Positions 36,341 to 49,081 are shown, counted from the first letter of the stretch. The stretch is DNA of 64,000 nucleotides from Mobula hypostoma (GCF_963921235.1 NC_086097.1:6696001-6760000), one strand, 5' to 3'. Numbers and translations: made by a program. Notes: generated from the letters alone by a model not told the origin.

Positions 36341-36890
36341 CACAGTCCACGGTCTTCCCTTCTGCTACAGTGGGGTAACTGTCAGGTTGCAGGAGCAACA
36401 TCTCAAATTCCATCTAGGTATCCTCCAACTTGATGGCATGAGCATTGATTTCTCCAACCACTGATAATTCTTTCCCCTCCCATTCCCTTTTCTTCAATTT
36501 CCATTCTTTCCTTCTTTTCATATACTTTTCATATACTCCTCCCCCTGATGTCCCCTCTCCTTCTGTTTCTCCAGTGGTCTACTCTCCCTTCCTATCAGAT
36601 TCCTTCTTCAACAGCCCTCTAACTTTTCCACCTATCACGTCCTTGCGTCTTACGTCATCCCCCTCCCCTCCCACTTGGCTTCACCTATCACCTTCTAGTT
36701 TTCCTCCATCCCCTCCCCCACCTTCTTATTCTAACATCTTCCCCCTTTCTTTCTCCTGATGAAGCATTTTGGCCTGAAACGTCGACTCCTGATTCATTTC
36801 CACACATGCTGCCTGACCTTTTGAGTTTGTCCAGCATGTTGTGTGTGTTACTCTGCATTTCCAGCATCTGCAGAATCCATTGTGTTTGTG
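36341..36890 (+). mobile_element. Older Penelope-like 3' end with hammerhead core at ~36756-36787
   Basis: VHGLPFC..RLQEQHLKFHLGILQLDGMSIDF; CTGATGA-AGCATTTTGGCCT-GAAACGTC-GACT. Confidence 0.8.
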
Positions 36891-37402
36891 CCATATATAA
36901 TGGTGCACTATCTTATGATCTCGCTCACTGTGAGTTTGTGTAAACACACAACAACAAAGTGAGGAAGGAAAAAAGAGATGGATGAAGAAAGGAATAGAGA
37001 ACGGAAAGAAGGAAGGCAGAAGAAAAAGAAGGAAAATAAGAAACAAGGAAGGAAGAATGAAGAAAGCAAGAAATCCCAGAGGTAATGTTAGTATTTGGTG
37101 ACGATATCAGCCTGACCATATCCCGCTTAGGGATGAGATGGAAATTGTGCCCCTCTTTAACTGTTCCCTTGGAATGACAATATCTCCAATGGTGTGTTTG
37201 TGTCTAGTATTTATGCATGGTAAAAACTACTGAAACTTTCACGATTGTTCGTTGCCATTCTTCAGTACCCAAGTGAAAAAGAGAATGAAATCCAAATTAC
37301 TCCAAATCTGATGCAACATAAAAATGTAATAAGCATAAAGAACATGATAAAAGAAACAAAAAGAGCAAAGCACAATAAATATCACATATTGTATACAGTA
37401 CC

Positions 37403-37697
37403 ATAGGGGTGGTTGGCAATGCAAACTATTAGTGCAATGCTATTAAGCTCAGAACGTTGGAGTTTAGAGTTCATTCGCAGCGTCCTCTATATCCTCCCTG
37501 TGGAATGGATGGGTTTTCTCTGGGTGCTCCAGTTTCCTCCCACAGTCTAAAGATGTATCTGCTAGGTTAATTGCTCATTGTAAATTGTCCCATGATTGTG
37601 GTTGTCAAAGGTGGGCGGGTGCGGCTCAAAGGCTCGATAGGGCCTATTCTGCACTGTATCTCTAAATGGAACAAAATAAGTAAATAAATAAATAAAT
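37403..37697 (+). mobile_element. V-domain SINE
   Basis: gggttttctctgggtgctccagtttcctcccacagtctaaagatgt core and (taaa)n tail; homologous to 22840-23143. Confidence 0.7.
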
Positions 37698-38264
37698 GTT
37701 ACATACATCTACATATCCTGAGATGGTATAACCAATTTTCCTACATGGCTATTATATGTAACATCCTAGATATGAATCAAAGTATTAAACCCAACGAGAT
37801 CAAGTGGATGCTGGTTATCAATTTCTTCAGTTTTTTTTTAATGTGGTAGATATACAGTCTGTAACAGATCAATTGGTAATGCATGATTGAAATGACATAA
37901 CTGTTAAATAACCTCTGTAGTTTCATGTTCCTCTTAGAAAAATAATGTTTCTACCTGATAAATCTGTCCTTCTGCTTCCCTTCATCCTTGATCAGTTTTT
38001 TTCCCCCTGTGTCCATCTTCTGTTCTTGGAAATCATACTGCATGATATTACTTAGGGAATTGTTGAGCGTTGAGTGTCTGAATCATCTTTACAATGAAGC
38101 TACTTGAGGGAGAAAGGCACCAAAGGATGAGCTGACCCATAATAGAATGGAAAGATCAGATGGAATATGAACACCAGAACAGAATGGCTGGACTGAACAA
38201 TCTGTTTCTATGCTGAAAATTGCATCCAACTCTATATAATATTACAAGTAGTATTTGTGTTAAA

Positions 38265-39258
38265 GTGCTTTGACCACTCTTTCAGAAACTGTGCTGATTG
38301 CTTTGTGCCTTACTCTCAACAGTCTGCATTTCAGAATCAGTTTTAATATTGTGCTGCAGGGATCAATTCTTAGCCCTCTGTTGTGCTCACTCCACATGCT
38401 CCCATTAGGTCAGAATATTTCAAAACACAAGGTGAATTATCACAGCTATGCAGACGACATACATCCGTATTCCTCTATTACACCTGATGACCCTGAGGCT
38501 CTAAAACCTCTTGACTGGTGTCTTACAAGCATTGCAGAATGATGGAATTCCAATTTCCTTGAGCTAAAATAAGGAAAAACAGACACTTTTGTTATTGGTA
38601 ACAATAAAAAATGTTTGAATCTTAGAGATAAACTTTATCATCTGGCCTTACAAACCAAGCCAGAAGTAAATAATTCAGGCATTATTATTGACTCCGAGCT
38701 AAATTGCAAATCACATATTAAACATATTACTAAAACTGTGTTCCTTCAATGAAGGAACGTTGCAAGAGTTCAATTTCTTGTAACATCTCAAGGTGAAAAA
38801 AAAATTGATCCACACTTTTGTTTTCAGCCAATTAGACTACTGGAATACACTCTTTTCAGGATTGCCTGAGAAAGATATAAATTGGCTGCAGCTCGTTCAA
38901 AATGCAGCAGCAAGGATTTTAACCAAAAAAAAGCAAACCTGAGCACATTTCACTGGTTTTGCATCATTACACTGGCTGCCTAGGATGAATTTTAAAATAC
39001 TCTTAATTGTATATAAGGCTCTCAAAAATCTAGCTCCACTGAATATTTTGTAGTGTCAATTCCCTTATAACCCTAATTGTAATCTTGGATCTGTGAATAC
39101 TGGCTTGCTTAGCGTTCCTGGAGCCAAGTATAGAAAAACTGGTAATGCAGCCTTTTGCTCTAATGCATCAAAAATCAGGAATACTCCACCAACTGAGAAA
39201 TACCAGGCTAAACATTACAAAACATTTCTTATACCCTACTTTTATAACTTGGCCTACT
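38265..39258 (+). mobile_element. L2 LINE RT, degenerate; its 3' tail resumes at ~41976-42175
   Basis: QGSILSPLL..MLPLGQNI..HSYADDI; LQLVQNAAARIL and LHWLP codons; L2 tail gtaaagcattttgag..tgaaaggtgctatataaat near 42105-42155. Confidence 0.82.
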
Positions 39259-39272
39259 TATAGGATTACTTA

Positions 39273-41961
39273 TCCCTACTTAGAGGATTACATCCCTTCT
39301 TCTGTCTCCAACACTTCTCTTCTTGGACAACCTGCTCTGGTTCTCTGCCTGCTCTGAATCTTTTCATCTTCTAATTGCCAACGAGACTTCAACTGAAGCA
39401 CTTAAGAATTCCTCTCTCCTCCTCAAACCATACCCCGCCCCTCGAACACACTGTCCTCCATTCTCTCCACACCAATCCAAACCATACCATCAAACCTGCA
39501 GACATAGGGGCTACTATTGTAGTGTGGCAGACAGACCTCTACCTTGCTGAGAAGCGGTAACTCTCAGACACCTCTTCATACCTCCTTGTAGAGGATCTTG
39601 CTCCGCACCATCAGACAACCATCTCTGACACCATCACTGACCTCTCCAACTTTGGAGAAATTCAATCCACTGCCACAAAACTCATTGTTCCTTTACTCCA
39701 GACTGCTTGCTTCTATCTCCTACCCAAGATCGACAAACCTGACTGTCCAGCCATGCCTAATGTCTCTGCCTGCTCCTGTCCTACTGAATTCTTGTCCTCA
39801 AACCTCAGTTCCATTCTATTCCCATTGGCTCAGTCCCTTCCTACCTATATCCATGACATTTCTCATGTTCTCGATCTCCTCAACAACTTAAATTCCCTGG
39901 CCCTTAACACCAGATTTTCAACATGGATGTCCAGTCCTTATCCACTTCTATCCCCCATCAAGAAGGCCTTAAAGCTCTCTGCTTCTTTCCCAATAAAAGT
40001 ACCAACCATTTCCCCTCCACTACCACCCTCCTCCATCTGATAAAACAGGTCTTCACACTGAACAATTTTTCCTTCAGCTCCTCCTAATTTCTCCAGACTC
40101 AAGGAGTAGGGCTGGGCAGCTTCATGGGCCCCAGCTATGCCTGTCTCTTCATTAGCTATGTAGAACAGTCCCTGTTCAAAGATTTCCCCAGTAATATGTC
40201 CCAGTTGTTCCGTTGCTACATTGATGACTGCATTGGTGCTGCTTCATGCACCCATGCTGAGGTCGTCAATTTCATCAGCTTTGCCTCCATCTTCCACCCT
40301 GCCCTTAACTTCATTTGGTCCATTTCTGACACTTCCCTCCATTTTCTTGATCTCTCTGTCTGTACTAACTGTCAACCAACATCTTTTCTAAATCTACCGA
40401 TTCACATGGTTATCTTGACTACATCTCTTCCCACCCTGTCTCTTAAAAAATGCTATTTCCTTTACTCATTTTCCTCATCTCTGCCCACATCCGTCCCCAG
40501 GATGTAGCTTTCCTTTCTAGGACATCAGAGAAGTTCTCCTTCTTCAAAGAATGAAGTTTCCCTTCCTCCACCATTGATGCTGACCTCATCTACTAGTCAT
40601 CTATTTCCCAGATGTCTGTGATCGCCCCATCTTCCCGTTGCCTCAACAGTGATGGAGTTTATCTTGACCTTACCTTCCATTCCATGAAAGTCTGCATCCA
40701 ACACATCTTTCCCTGCAACTTTTGCCATCTCTAAAGTGATTCTATGAGCAAACATGGCTTTTCGTCCCCTGTCTCCCTTTGCTTTCTGCACAGATCACTC
40801 CTTCCATGATTCCCTTGTCCATTTGTCCCTCCCCACTTACTTCCCACCCGGAACTTATCCTTGCAAGCAAACAAATGCTACACCTTTCCATTCACCTCCC
40901 CCTTCACCTCCATTCAGGGTCCCAAAGTGTCTTTCCAGGGGAAGCAACATTTCATCTGCAAACCTGCTGAGGTCATCTATTATGTCCTGCCTCCTCTACA
41001 ATGGCAAGACCTGAAGTAAATTGGGTGACTGCTGCATCGACCACCTCCATTCTATCCACTAAAAGTGGAACTTCCCGGTGGCCAAACATATTAATACTGG
41101 TTCCCATTCCCTTTCCAACATGCCAGTCCATGGCCTCCTCTTGTGCCATGGTGAGGCCACCCTCAAGAAGGAGGAGCAACACCTTCTATTCCATCTGAGT
41201 AGCCTCCAAACTAATGGCATGAATATTGATTTCTCCTTCCAGTTAAAAAAATCCCTCCTCCTTCCTCTTCTATTCCCCACTCTGGCCTCTTACCTCTTCT
41301 CTCCTGCCAAACATTTCCCCTGGGTAAACTCCTCCCTCCGTTTCTCCCATTGTCCACTCTCCTCTTCTATCAGATTCTTTCCTCTTAAGTCTTTTAACTT
41401 TCTCACCCACCTGGCTTCATCTATAACCTTCAAGCTATTCTCCCTGCCTCTCTCTACTTTTTAATCTGGTGTTTTCCACATTGCGTTCCAGTCTTGATGC
41501 GGGTACGTGGCCAAGTGGTTAAGGCATTGGACTAGCGACCTGAAGGTCGTGAGTTCAAGCCCCAGCCGAGACAATGTGTTGTGTCCTCGAGCAAGGCACT
41601 TAATCACACATTGCTCTGCGATGACACTGGTGCCAAGCTGTATGGGTCCTAATGCCCATCCCTTGGACAACACTGGTGTAATGGAGAGGGGAGATTTGCA
41701 GCATATGCTGATCTTCCATACAACCTTGCCCAGGTCTGCGCCCTGGAGAGTGAAGACTTTCCAGGCACAGATCCATGGTCTTGCAAGACTAACGGATGTC
41801 TTTATTTATTTATTATTCCAGTCCTGATGAAGGGTCTTGGCCTGAAACCTAGACTGTTTATTCATTTCCACAGACACTGCCTGACCTACAGAGTTACTGA
41901 GTTCCTCCAGCACTTGGTGTGTGTTACTCTGGATTTCCAGCATCTGCAGAATTTCTCATGT
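39273..41961 (+). mobile_element. Long degenerate Penelope-like element inserted in the L2
   Basis: TIKPADIGATIVVW, MGPSYACLF..YIDDCIG, GIY-YIG remnant and terminal repeat; decayed TSD tataggattactta (~39259) / tataggatcaccta (~41962). Confidence 0.85.
41500..41815 (+). mobile_element. tRNA-derived SINE with 14-bp TSD, inserted at a PLE hammerhead
   Basis: A box TGGCCAAGTGG (41508-41518), B box GTTCAAGCC (41553-41561), (ttta)n tail; TSD TTCCAGTCYTGATG at 41486-41499 and 41816-41829. Confidence 0.88.
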
Positions 41962-42309
41962 ATAGGATCACCTAAATCCTATTGATATTGATTATATTCA
42001 TATAATTTGATTTATTCTACATTTTATTCTATATAATAGTTTTTAATATTTTTTATTTTGTCTTGTAGTTTTCATGACGATTTTGATTTATCTTTATAAT
42101 CAACGTAAAGCATTTTGAGCCATCATTTTAATGTATGAAAGGTGCTATATAAATAATGTTACTAATATTACCATTTATTTTTTCCTCAGCTCAAGGTGGT
42201 AATACCTGAAGTATGGGCATTAATATTAATTATTATTATCATTAGCATATGTTGTGAGATTTGTTGCTTTGCAATACATTGTAATACATAATTTTTAAAA
42301 GCTACAAAG

Positions 42310-43500
42310 ATCTGGGATCCGCCAGCCACCAACACGAGCCTTCATGGATGATCTGACTATCACTACGGAGTCAGTGCCTGGTGCTAGGTGGATTCTTAAG
42401 GGGCTGGAAAGGTTGATGAGGTGGGCAAGGGTGTCCTTTAAGCCTGCAAAATCAAGATCCGTAGTGCTGAAGAAGGGGAGATACTACCAAGAATCCTCTG
42501 GCCACTGCATCTCTATGAGTTTCCAATTTCTATTGTTGCTGAATTAGAGAGAGTAGTCAGCCGGTTCCTGCGAAGATGGCTGGGTTTACCAAGGAACATC
42601 AGCAGGATCGCTCTGTATGGGAATAACTGCAAACTGAGGATCCCCCTGAAATCCATCGATGAGTTCAAGGTTTGGTGAGCAAGCGAGGTGCTGCAGTTCC
42701 GGGAATCTTCAGATCCAAAGGTTGCCGGAGCAAGAGTGGCAGTGAGAACTGGAAGAAAGTGAGAGCAGAGGCTGCAGTGGAAGAAGCTGAGGCACGACTG
42801 CGCCACAAAGTGCTGGTGGGGGCAGTCGCCAAGGGAAGAGCTGGACCTGGAAGCCTGGAAGTCCCCCATTTTGACAAAGTACAAGGGAAGGAGTGACGAG
42901 AACTGGTCCAGAATGAAGTAATGGCAGCTGTGGAGGAGGAGAGGACCAGCAGAACAGTGGCAATGAAACAGCAAGGAGCCTGGACCAAATGGGAGCAGGT
43001 GATCGAGCGAAAGATCACGTGGAACAAACTCTGGAAGGTGGATCCACACTGCATCAAGTTCCTTATCCAGGCTGTTTATGACGTCTTTCCTAGCCCATCT
43101 AACCTGCACTGCTGCGGCCCTGCAGAACGACCAGCTTGTCCCCTCTGTGAGAAGACCAGTTCACTAGAGCACATTCTGAGCTGCTGCCCCAGAGCTCTTG
43201 CTGATGGCCGTTATCGGTGACGGCATGGCCAGGTCCTCCGGACAATTGCTGAGACAATCAGCAGCACCCTTAACACCTGCCAGAAAACAAGTCCGGTCAA
43301 GAATGCCATCTGCTTTGTCAAAGAGGGGGAGAGACCAACAGAACACCAGAAAGCAACCAGGTTGCTCTTCACTGCGCAGGACCGGAAGCTAAAAGCAGAC
43401 CTGGGAAAACAGCTGCAGTTTCCTCCCCACATCACAGAGACTACACTGCGGCCCGACATTGTGTTGTGGTCCAACTCATCGAAGCACCTTCTTATGCTTG
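42310..43500 (+). mobile_element. Hero/R2-group non-LTR retrotransposon fragment (RT, zinc knuckle, restriction-like endonuclease), internally deleted
   Basis: AFMDDLTIT..WARVSFKPAKSRS; ILPRILWPL; IKFLIQAVYDV..CPLC..SLEHILSCC..GRYR*RHGQVL; TTLRPDIVLWS. Confidence 0.8.
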
Positions 43501-44139
43501 GAAACCTTCCAAGGCGCAAATCCATGGTCTCACGAGACTAACGGATGCCTATTATTATTATTATTAGATAAGAAAGAGACAGGAAAGTTGTTTCCATTGG
43601 AACTAAGGGACATTAAATAAAATAAATAAGATCTTTGTGTCCTCAGTAGCAACAGGTGGGGACTCAGAGGGCTGGGGAGCAGCAAATGTTGTGTCGTTGT
43701 TGAAGAAAAGAAAGGAAATAGGAATAATTCAAGGATGTAGGGATAAGTCTCGGTGCTAGGGAAGGTATTGGAGAAGAGACTAAGGATAAAATTGATGTGC
43801 TTTTGGAAAGACATGGCCTGCCTAGGGGCAGTCTACACAGTTTCTGTCCTTTTCAAGATTCAAGATTCAAGATTCAAAAAACTTTATTGTCATTCTAACC
43901 ATACATCAGCTCTGCAGGGCAGAAGGAGACAGCGTTTCTCAGGGGCAGTGCAATAGTAGCATAACAAATGCAACACTAAATAATAAATATAACAATAAAT
44001 AGTAAAACACAACAGCCACATGTCAGTGAAAATCAAGTTATAAGCGTCCAGTGCAAATTAAAAGTGTCCAAAGCAGAGTCAGGTACAGCAGCTATTTAGC
44101 AGTCTGACTGCCTGTGGGAGGAAGCTGTTTAGTAGCCTT

Positions 44140-44236
44140 CACACATAAAAGTTGCTGGTGAACACAGCAGGCCAGGCAGCATCTCTAGGAAGAGGTGCAG
44201 TCGACGTTTCAGGCCGAGACCCTTCGTCAGGACTAA
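44140..44236 (-). mobile_element. 97-bp ORF-less Penelope terminal-repeat insertion; 15-bp TSD
   Basis: TSD CTGTTTAGTAGCCTT at 44125-44139 and 44237-44251; nearly identical to about 28765-28863. Confidence 0.9.
44199..44234 (-). ncRNA. Minimal type-I hammerhead ribozyme (intact core)
   Basis: Minus strand AGUC-CUGACGA-AGG(GUCUCGG)CCU-GAAACGUC-GACU. Confidence 0.8.
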
Positions 44237-45123
44237 CTGTTTAGTAGCCTTGTGGTTTTAGTTTTGATGCTCCTGTAACGTTTGCCTGATGGCAGAAGAA
44301 CAAACAGTTCATGGAGAGGGTGTGAGGGGTCTTTAATGATGTATCGTGTCTTCTGGAGGCATTGACTCTGAAAGAGGTCTTGGACAGAAGGTAGGGAGAC
44401 CCCAATAACCTTCTCTGCTCCCCTAACCACCCTCTGCAAGGCTTTTTTGTCGACAGCACTGCAGCTGGAGTACCAGGTTGTGATGCAAAAGGTCAGCACA
44501 CTCTCAACCACGCCTCTGTAGAATGTAGTTAAGATGTTAGTGGGGAGTGATGCTTGTTTAAGTTTCCTCAGAAAGTGCAATCTCTGCTGGGCCCGTTTCT
44601 CAATCCCAGTGGTGTTCCTGGACCAGGTGAGATTGTCCGAGATCTGCACCCCAAGGAACTTAATGTTTTCCACTCTCTCCACTGTGGAGCCGCTGGTACT
44701 GAGGGGTGTGTGCTCAGGCTGAGACCGTCTGAAATCGACGATCACCTCCTTGGTTTTGGTGACATTAAGCATTAAGTTGTTATCCCTGCACCAACTCTCT
44801 AGGTGTTTGACCTCCTCCCTGTACATTGTTTTATCATTTTTGCTGATGAGTCCCACCACTGTGGTATCATCTGCAAATTTAATGATCAGGTTCTCCTTGA
44901 ATCTGACTGCCCAGTCATGTGTTAGCAGTGTTAACAGCAATGGGCTAAGCAGGCAGCCTTGTGGGGATCCAGTGCTCAGTGTGATGGAGTCAGAGATGTT
45001 CCTGCCAACACAGACTGACTGTGGTCTCTCTGTCAAGAAATCCAGAATCCAGTGACACATGGCAGTGCTAAGGCCAAGCAGCGACAGTTTCTCCACTAGT
45101 CTCTGCAGGATGATTGGTTGCAC
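44233..45123 (-). CDS. Rex1/Babar reverse transcriptase fragment (C-terminus cut off by a hammerhead-bearing insert)
   Basis: [46 protein letters not shown]; removing the insert restores ..TRLLNSFLPQAVRLLNS. Confidence 0.85.
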   Translation of the reverse strand: MQPIILQRLVEKLSLLGLSTAMCHWILDFLTERPQSVCVGRNISDSITLSTGSPQGCLLSPLLLTLLTHDWAVRFKENLIIKFADDTTVVGLISKNDKTMYREEVKHLESWCRDNNLMLNVTKTKEVIVDFRRSQPEHTPLSTSGSTVERVENIKFLGVQISDNLTWSRNTTGIEKRAQQRLHFLRKLKQASLPTNILTTFYRGVVESVLTFCITTWYSSCSAVDKKALQRVVRGAEKVIGVSLPSVQDLFQSQCLQKTRYIIKDPSHPLHELFVLLPSGKRYRSIKTKTTRLLNS

Positions 45124-45279
45124 ATTGGTTGTTTGTTAGTCTTTGTCAGTTTATGCATAAAACTCTATAGTATTTTTCTCCTGTAAATGTTGATAATGTA
45201 ATGAAACTCAAGATTGTATCTGATAAAATACAACATATACTTGGACAATGCATCCACTTTGAACTTAAACTTTGGGCGT

Positions 45280-45710
45280 TTTAGGAAGGATGGAGAAATT
45301 GTGAAGAGGGTGCAGAAGAGGCTTACCATGGACTTGAGGTTATGAGCCGCAGGGAAAGATTGGACAAATTTTTATTCTTCTCCCTAGACCATCAGAGGCT
45401 GATGGAAAACCCAACAGAGGGTTTTTTTTTAAATATGAGAGGCGTGGATGGGCAGAATCTTTTTCCAGGTAATGATATTGAACAACAGAGGACATGATTT
45501 TAAGTTTAAAGGGCAAGGTTTAAAGGCAACATGAGGGTACGTTTTTACACAGAGGCTGGTAGGTACTGGAATAGGTTATGAGGGAAGTAGTGCAATCAGG
45601 CAGTCTCGTGGAGTTTGAGGTTTTTAGATGGACACGTGAATATGCAGAAATGGAGAGGATATGGGTGATAGACAGGAAAATGACATTTAGTGTAAACTGG
45701 GCTAAACAGG
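45280..45710 (+). mobile_element. Old CR1 3' fragment
   Basis: gagggtgcagaagaggcttacc..tttttacacagaggctggtaggtactggaat matches the CR1 RT end. Confidence 0.6.
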
Positions 45711-46603
45711 TTATTTTTGTTTTACTGCCCATTACGCCACTGGCATTTAGGGGAGCAATGAAGGTCCTCCATCTCTGGTGGTGTTCAGGGCTTCTTTCAT
45801 CAGTTTCTTCTCAGTGTTTGGTACCGTCAATCACGCATGTCCCAGGTGGGAACTCTGGACTACCGTCTCACACACAGATGTAGAAAGATCCTTCAATCTT
45901 GTTTCTGTAACAATGTTTTTGACCAGTTGTTAGCCCTGAGCTGAACCTCCAAACCTGGAGGACCAGTGGACCACACTTAGTCTGACCGTTATCCTTTGAC
46001 TTGCTTGGTATACGTGACCTTACCAAGAGCCAAAGCATAACTCCCTGACTTCAGCTAACACAGCTGTCCAGGTAATTGAGGTACGCAAGCCTCCAAATCA
46101 CGACAAGGTTGTGGTATTCTTGGAAGTAAACTGAACGGCCTGGACTCTTCTGATGACATTGTGGGCTGGTGTTTTATATTCTGTGTCTTTTTTGCTGTTT
46201 GCGCAATTAGTTTTTTTCCCTTGTGCATTGGGGGTTTGACATTTTTCTTTGAATGATTTCCATGGTGTTTCTTCATTACTTGACTGTCTGTGGGGAAGAT
46301 GATTCCCATGGTTGTTTAGTGGATTCATACTTTGATCATAAATGTACTTTGAATGTTTTGAAACTGGCATCGAGATCAGCACAACAGTGTGGGCTGAATG
46401 GCTTTTTCAGTGTTGTTTTGGTCGATTTTCTATGTTCTACACTCATCACTATCTGCCTGTAGAAATTTCTCCTCACAGTTTTAAAGGGACATCCCTTGAT
46501 TTTGAGGTTATGGCCTCAGACTTAGAGTCTCGTATTGATGGAGACATCCTCACTCAGTATACTCTGTCTAAAATGACAAAAGAATAAAATCTCTCTCACT
46601 CAG

Positions 46604-46604
<1 letters not shown>

Positions 46605-46663
<59 letters not shown>
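46605..46663. repeat. (CA)n microsatellite
   Basis: Direct run of CA units with one TA interruption. Confidence 0.98.
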
Positions 46664-46667
<4 letters not shown>

Positions 46668-47009
46668 CCAAACTCTGAGCAGCCAAACGTTTGATTCAAA
46701 CATAAGAGTGCTAATGGTCGAACAAGCCCTATTACTTTTAGCTCCTGTATTTCAAATCTTGATGAAATGAAATGACACTGGTTACAGTTGATTACCTGTA
46801 ACAATGTCTCCAATGTGTGTATAAGGCCAGAAATTGTTCTGCAGATCAAAGGAAGAAAAAAATACAACAACATAACATAAGAAATAGTTGCAGGAGTTGG
46901 CCTTTTGGCCCATCAAGCCTGCTTCTGGCATTCAATAAGGTCATGTCTGATCTGGCCCTGGACTCGGTTCCACCTGCCTGTATTTTCCCCATAACACTTA
47001 ATTCTTCAT

Positions 47010-47300
47010 TTTATTTAGATATACAACGTGGAACAGATTCTCCGAGCCATCAAGCTGCACCATGCAGTAATTGACCTATTTAACACCTACCTAATTCTGG
47101 TAAAATTTACAATGACAAATTAACCTACTAACTGGCTAATTACAATGACCTATTAACCTAAGAGGAAACTGGAGCTCCCGGAGGAAACTCACACATTCTG
47201 TGGGGAGAACGTCGAAACTCCTTACAGAGGACACTAGAAATGAGCTCCAAGTCCGATGCCCTGAGCTGCAATAGCATTGCGCCCACTGCTACACCTCCAA
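47010..47300 (-). mobile_element. V-domain SINE nested in an old CR1 fragment
   Basis: gaggaaactggagctcccggaggaaactcacacattctgtggggagaac is the reverse complement of the V core. Confidence 0.65.
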
Positions 47301-47584
47301 GATCTGTAGGATTTATTGTTGCTGTGGGCTGTGGAAGCCAAGCCAACATTTCAGGCTGAGATTGATAAGCTTATGATCGGTAAGGGGGTTAAAGGTTATG
47401 CCAGGAATGTAGTTCTGAAAAATACTCAGTCAGATTAAAAGGCAGAGATGACAAATACCCTAATTCTGCTACTATATTTTATGGTATTATAATATTTTTT
47501 AAAATAACTTTAACCTCCTTTTTATTTTCGCATCTTGTCCTGAGTGATGTCAAATACTGAACATGACATTTAAATGACACATAA

Positions 47585-48784
47585 CACTTCCTCCAAACTA
47601 AAGGTGTAGCTATGGGCACCCATATGGGTCCTAGCTATGCCTGCCTTTTTGTTGAGTTTGTGGAACAATCTATGTTCCGTGCCTATTCTGGTATCTGTCC
47701 CCCACTTTTCCTTCACTACATCGACGACTGCATTGGCGCTGCTTCCTGCACGCATGCAGAGCTCGTTGACTTTATTAACTTTGCCTCCAACTTTCACCCT
47801 GCCCTCAAGTTTACCTGGTCCATTTCCGACACCTCCCTCCCCTTTCTAGATCTTTCTGTCTCTGTCCCTAGAGACAGCTTATCCACTGATGTCTACTATA
47901 AGCCTACTGACTCTCACAGCTACCGGGACTATTCCTCTTCTCACCCTGTCTCTTGCAAAAACGCCATCCCCTTCTCGCAATTCCTCCGTCTCTGCCGCAT
48001 CTGCTCTCAGGATGAGGCTTTTCATTCTAGGACGAGGGAGATGTCTTCCTTTTTTAAAGAAAGGGGCTTCCCTTCCTCCACTATCAACTCTGCTCTTAAA
48101 CGCATCTCCCCCATTTTACGTACATCTGCTGTCACTCCATCCTTCCGCCACCCCACTAGGAATAGGGTTCCCCTGGTCCTCACCTACCACCCCACCAGCC
48201 TCCGGGTCCAACATATTATTCTCTGTAACTTCCGCCAACTCCAACGGGATCCCACCACTAAGCACATCTTTCCCTCCCCCACTCTCGCTGCATTCCACAG
48301 GGATCGCTCCCTACGCAACTCCCTTGTCCATTCGTCCCCCCCATCCCTTCCCACTGATCTCCCTCCTGGCACTTATCCGTGTAAGCGGAACAAGTGCTAC
48401 ACATGCCCTTACACTTCCTCCCTTACCACCATTCAGGGCCCCAAACAGTCCTTCCAGGTGAGGCAACACTTCACCTGTGAGTCGACTGGAGTGATATACT
48501 GCGTCCGGTGCTCCTGATGTGGCCTTCTATATATTGGCGAGACCCGACGCAGACTGGGAGACCGCTTTGCTGAACATCTACGCTCTGTCCGCCAGAGAAA
48601 GCAGGATCTCCCAGTGGCCACACATTTTAATTCCACATCCCATTCCCATTCTGACATGTCTATCCACGGCCTCCTCTACTGTAAAGATGAAGCCACACTC
48701 AGGTTGGAGGAACAACACCCTATATTCCATCTGGGTAACCTCCAACCTGATGGCATGAACATCGACTTCTCTAACTTCCGCTAA
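47585..48784 (+). pseudogene. PLE RT-GIY-YIG reading frame with one nonsense codon (TGA 48515-48517)
   Basis: ORF 47612-48517 continues in frame after the TGA as CGLLYIGETRRRLGDRFAEH..GMNIDFSNFR* to 48784. Confidence 0.88.
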
Positions 48785-49081
48785 GGCCCCACCTCCCCCT
48801 CGTACCCCATCTGTTACTTATTTTTATGCACACATTCTTTCTCTCACTCTCCTTTTTCTCCCTCTGTCCCTCTGACTATACCCCTTGCCCATCCTCTGGG
48901 TCCCCCCCCGCCGCTTGTCTTTCTTCCTGGACCTCCTGTCCCATGATCCTCTCGTATCCCCTTTTACCCATCACTTGTCCAGCTCTTGGCTCCATCCCTC
49001 CCCGTCCTGTCTTCTCCTATCATTTTGGATCTCCCCCTCCCCCTCCCACTTTCAAATCCCTTACTCACTCTTCCTTCAGTT

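Larger units (their letters stand above)
43852..45117 (-). mobile_element. Young 5'-truncated Rex1/Babar LINE
   Basis: Uninterrupted 296-aa ORF; 3' UTR ends in (TCTTGAA)n, read as ttcaagattcaagattcaa at about 43852-43876. Confidence 0.9.

Noticed and set aside
41500..41570. tRNA gene (also 3622-3695)
   Set aside because: The A and B boxes are the head of a ~270-315 bp SINE with tail and TSD; there is no clean acceptor stem or terminator.
48515..48517. In-frame TGA in the PLE ORF as selenocysteine or programmed readthrough
   Set aside because: The sister copy (29157-29483) has Gln (CAA) here and the position is not a Cys. TGA and CAA are the two CpG-decay products of CGA.
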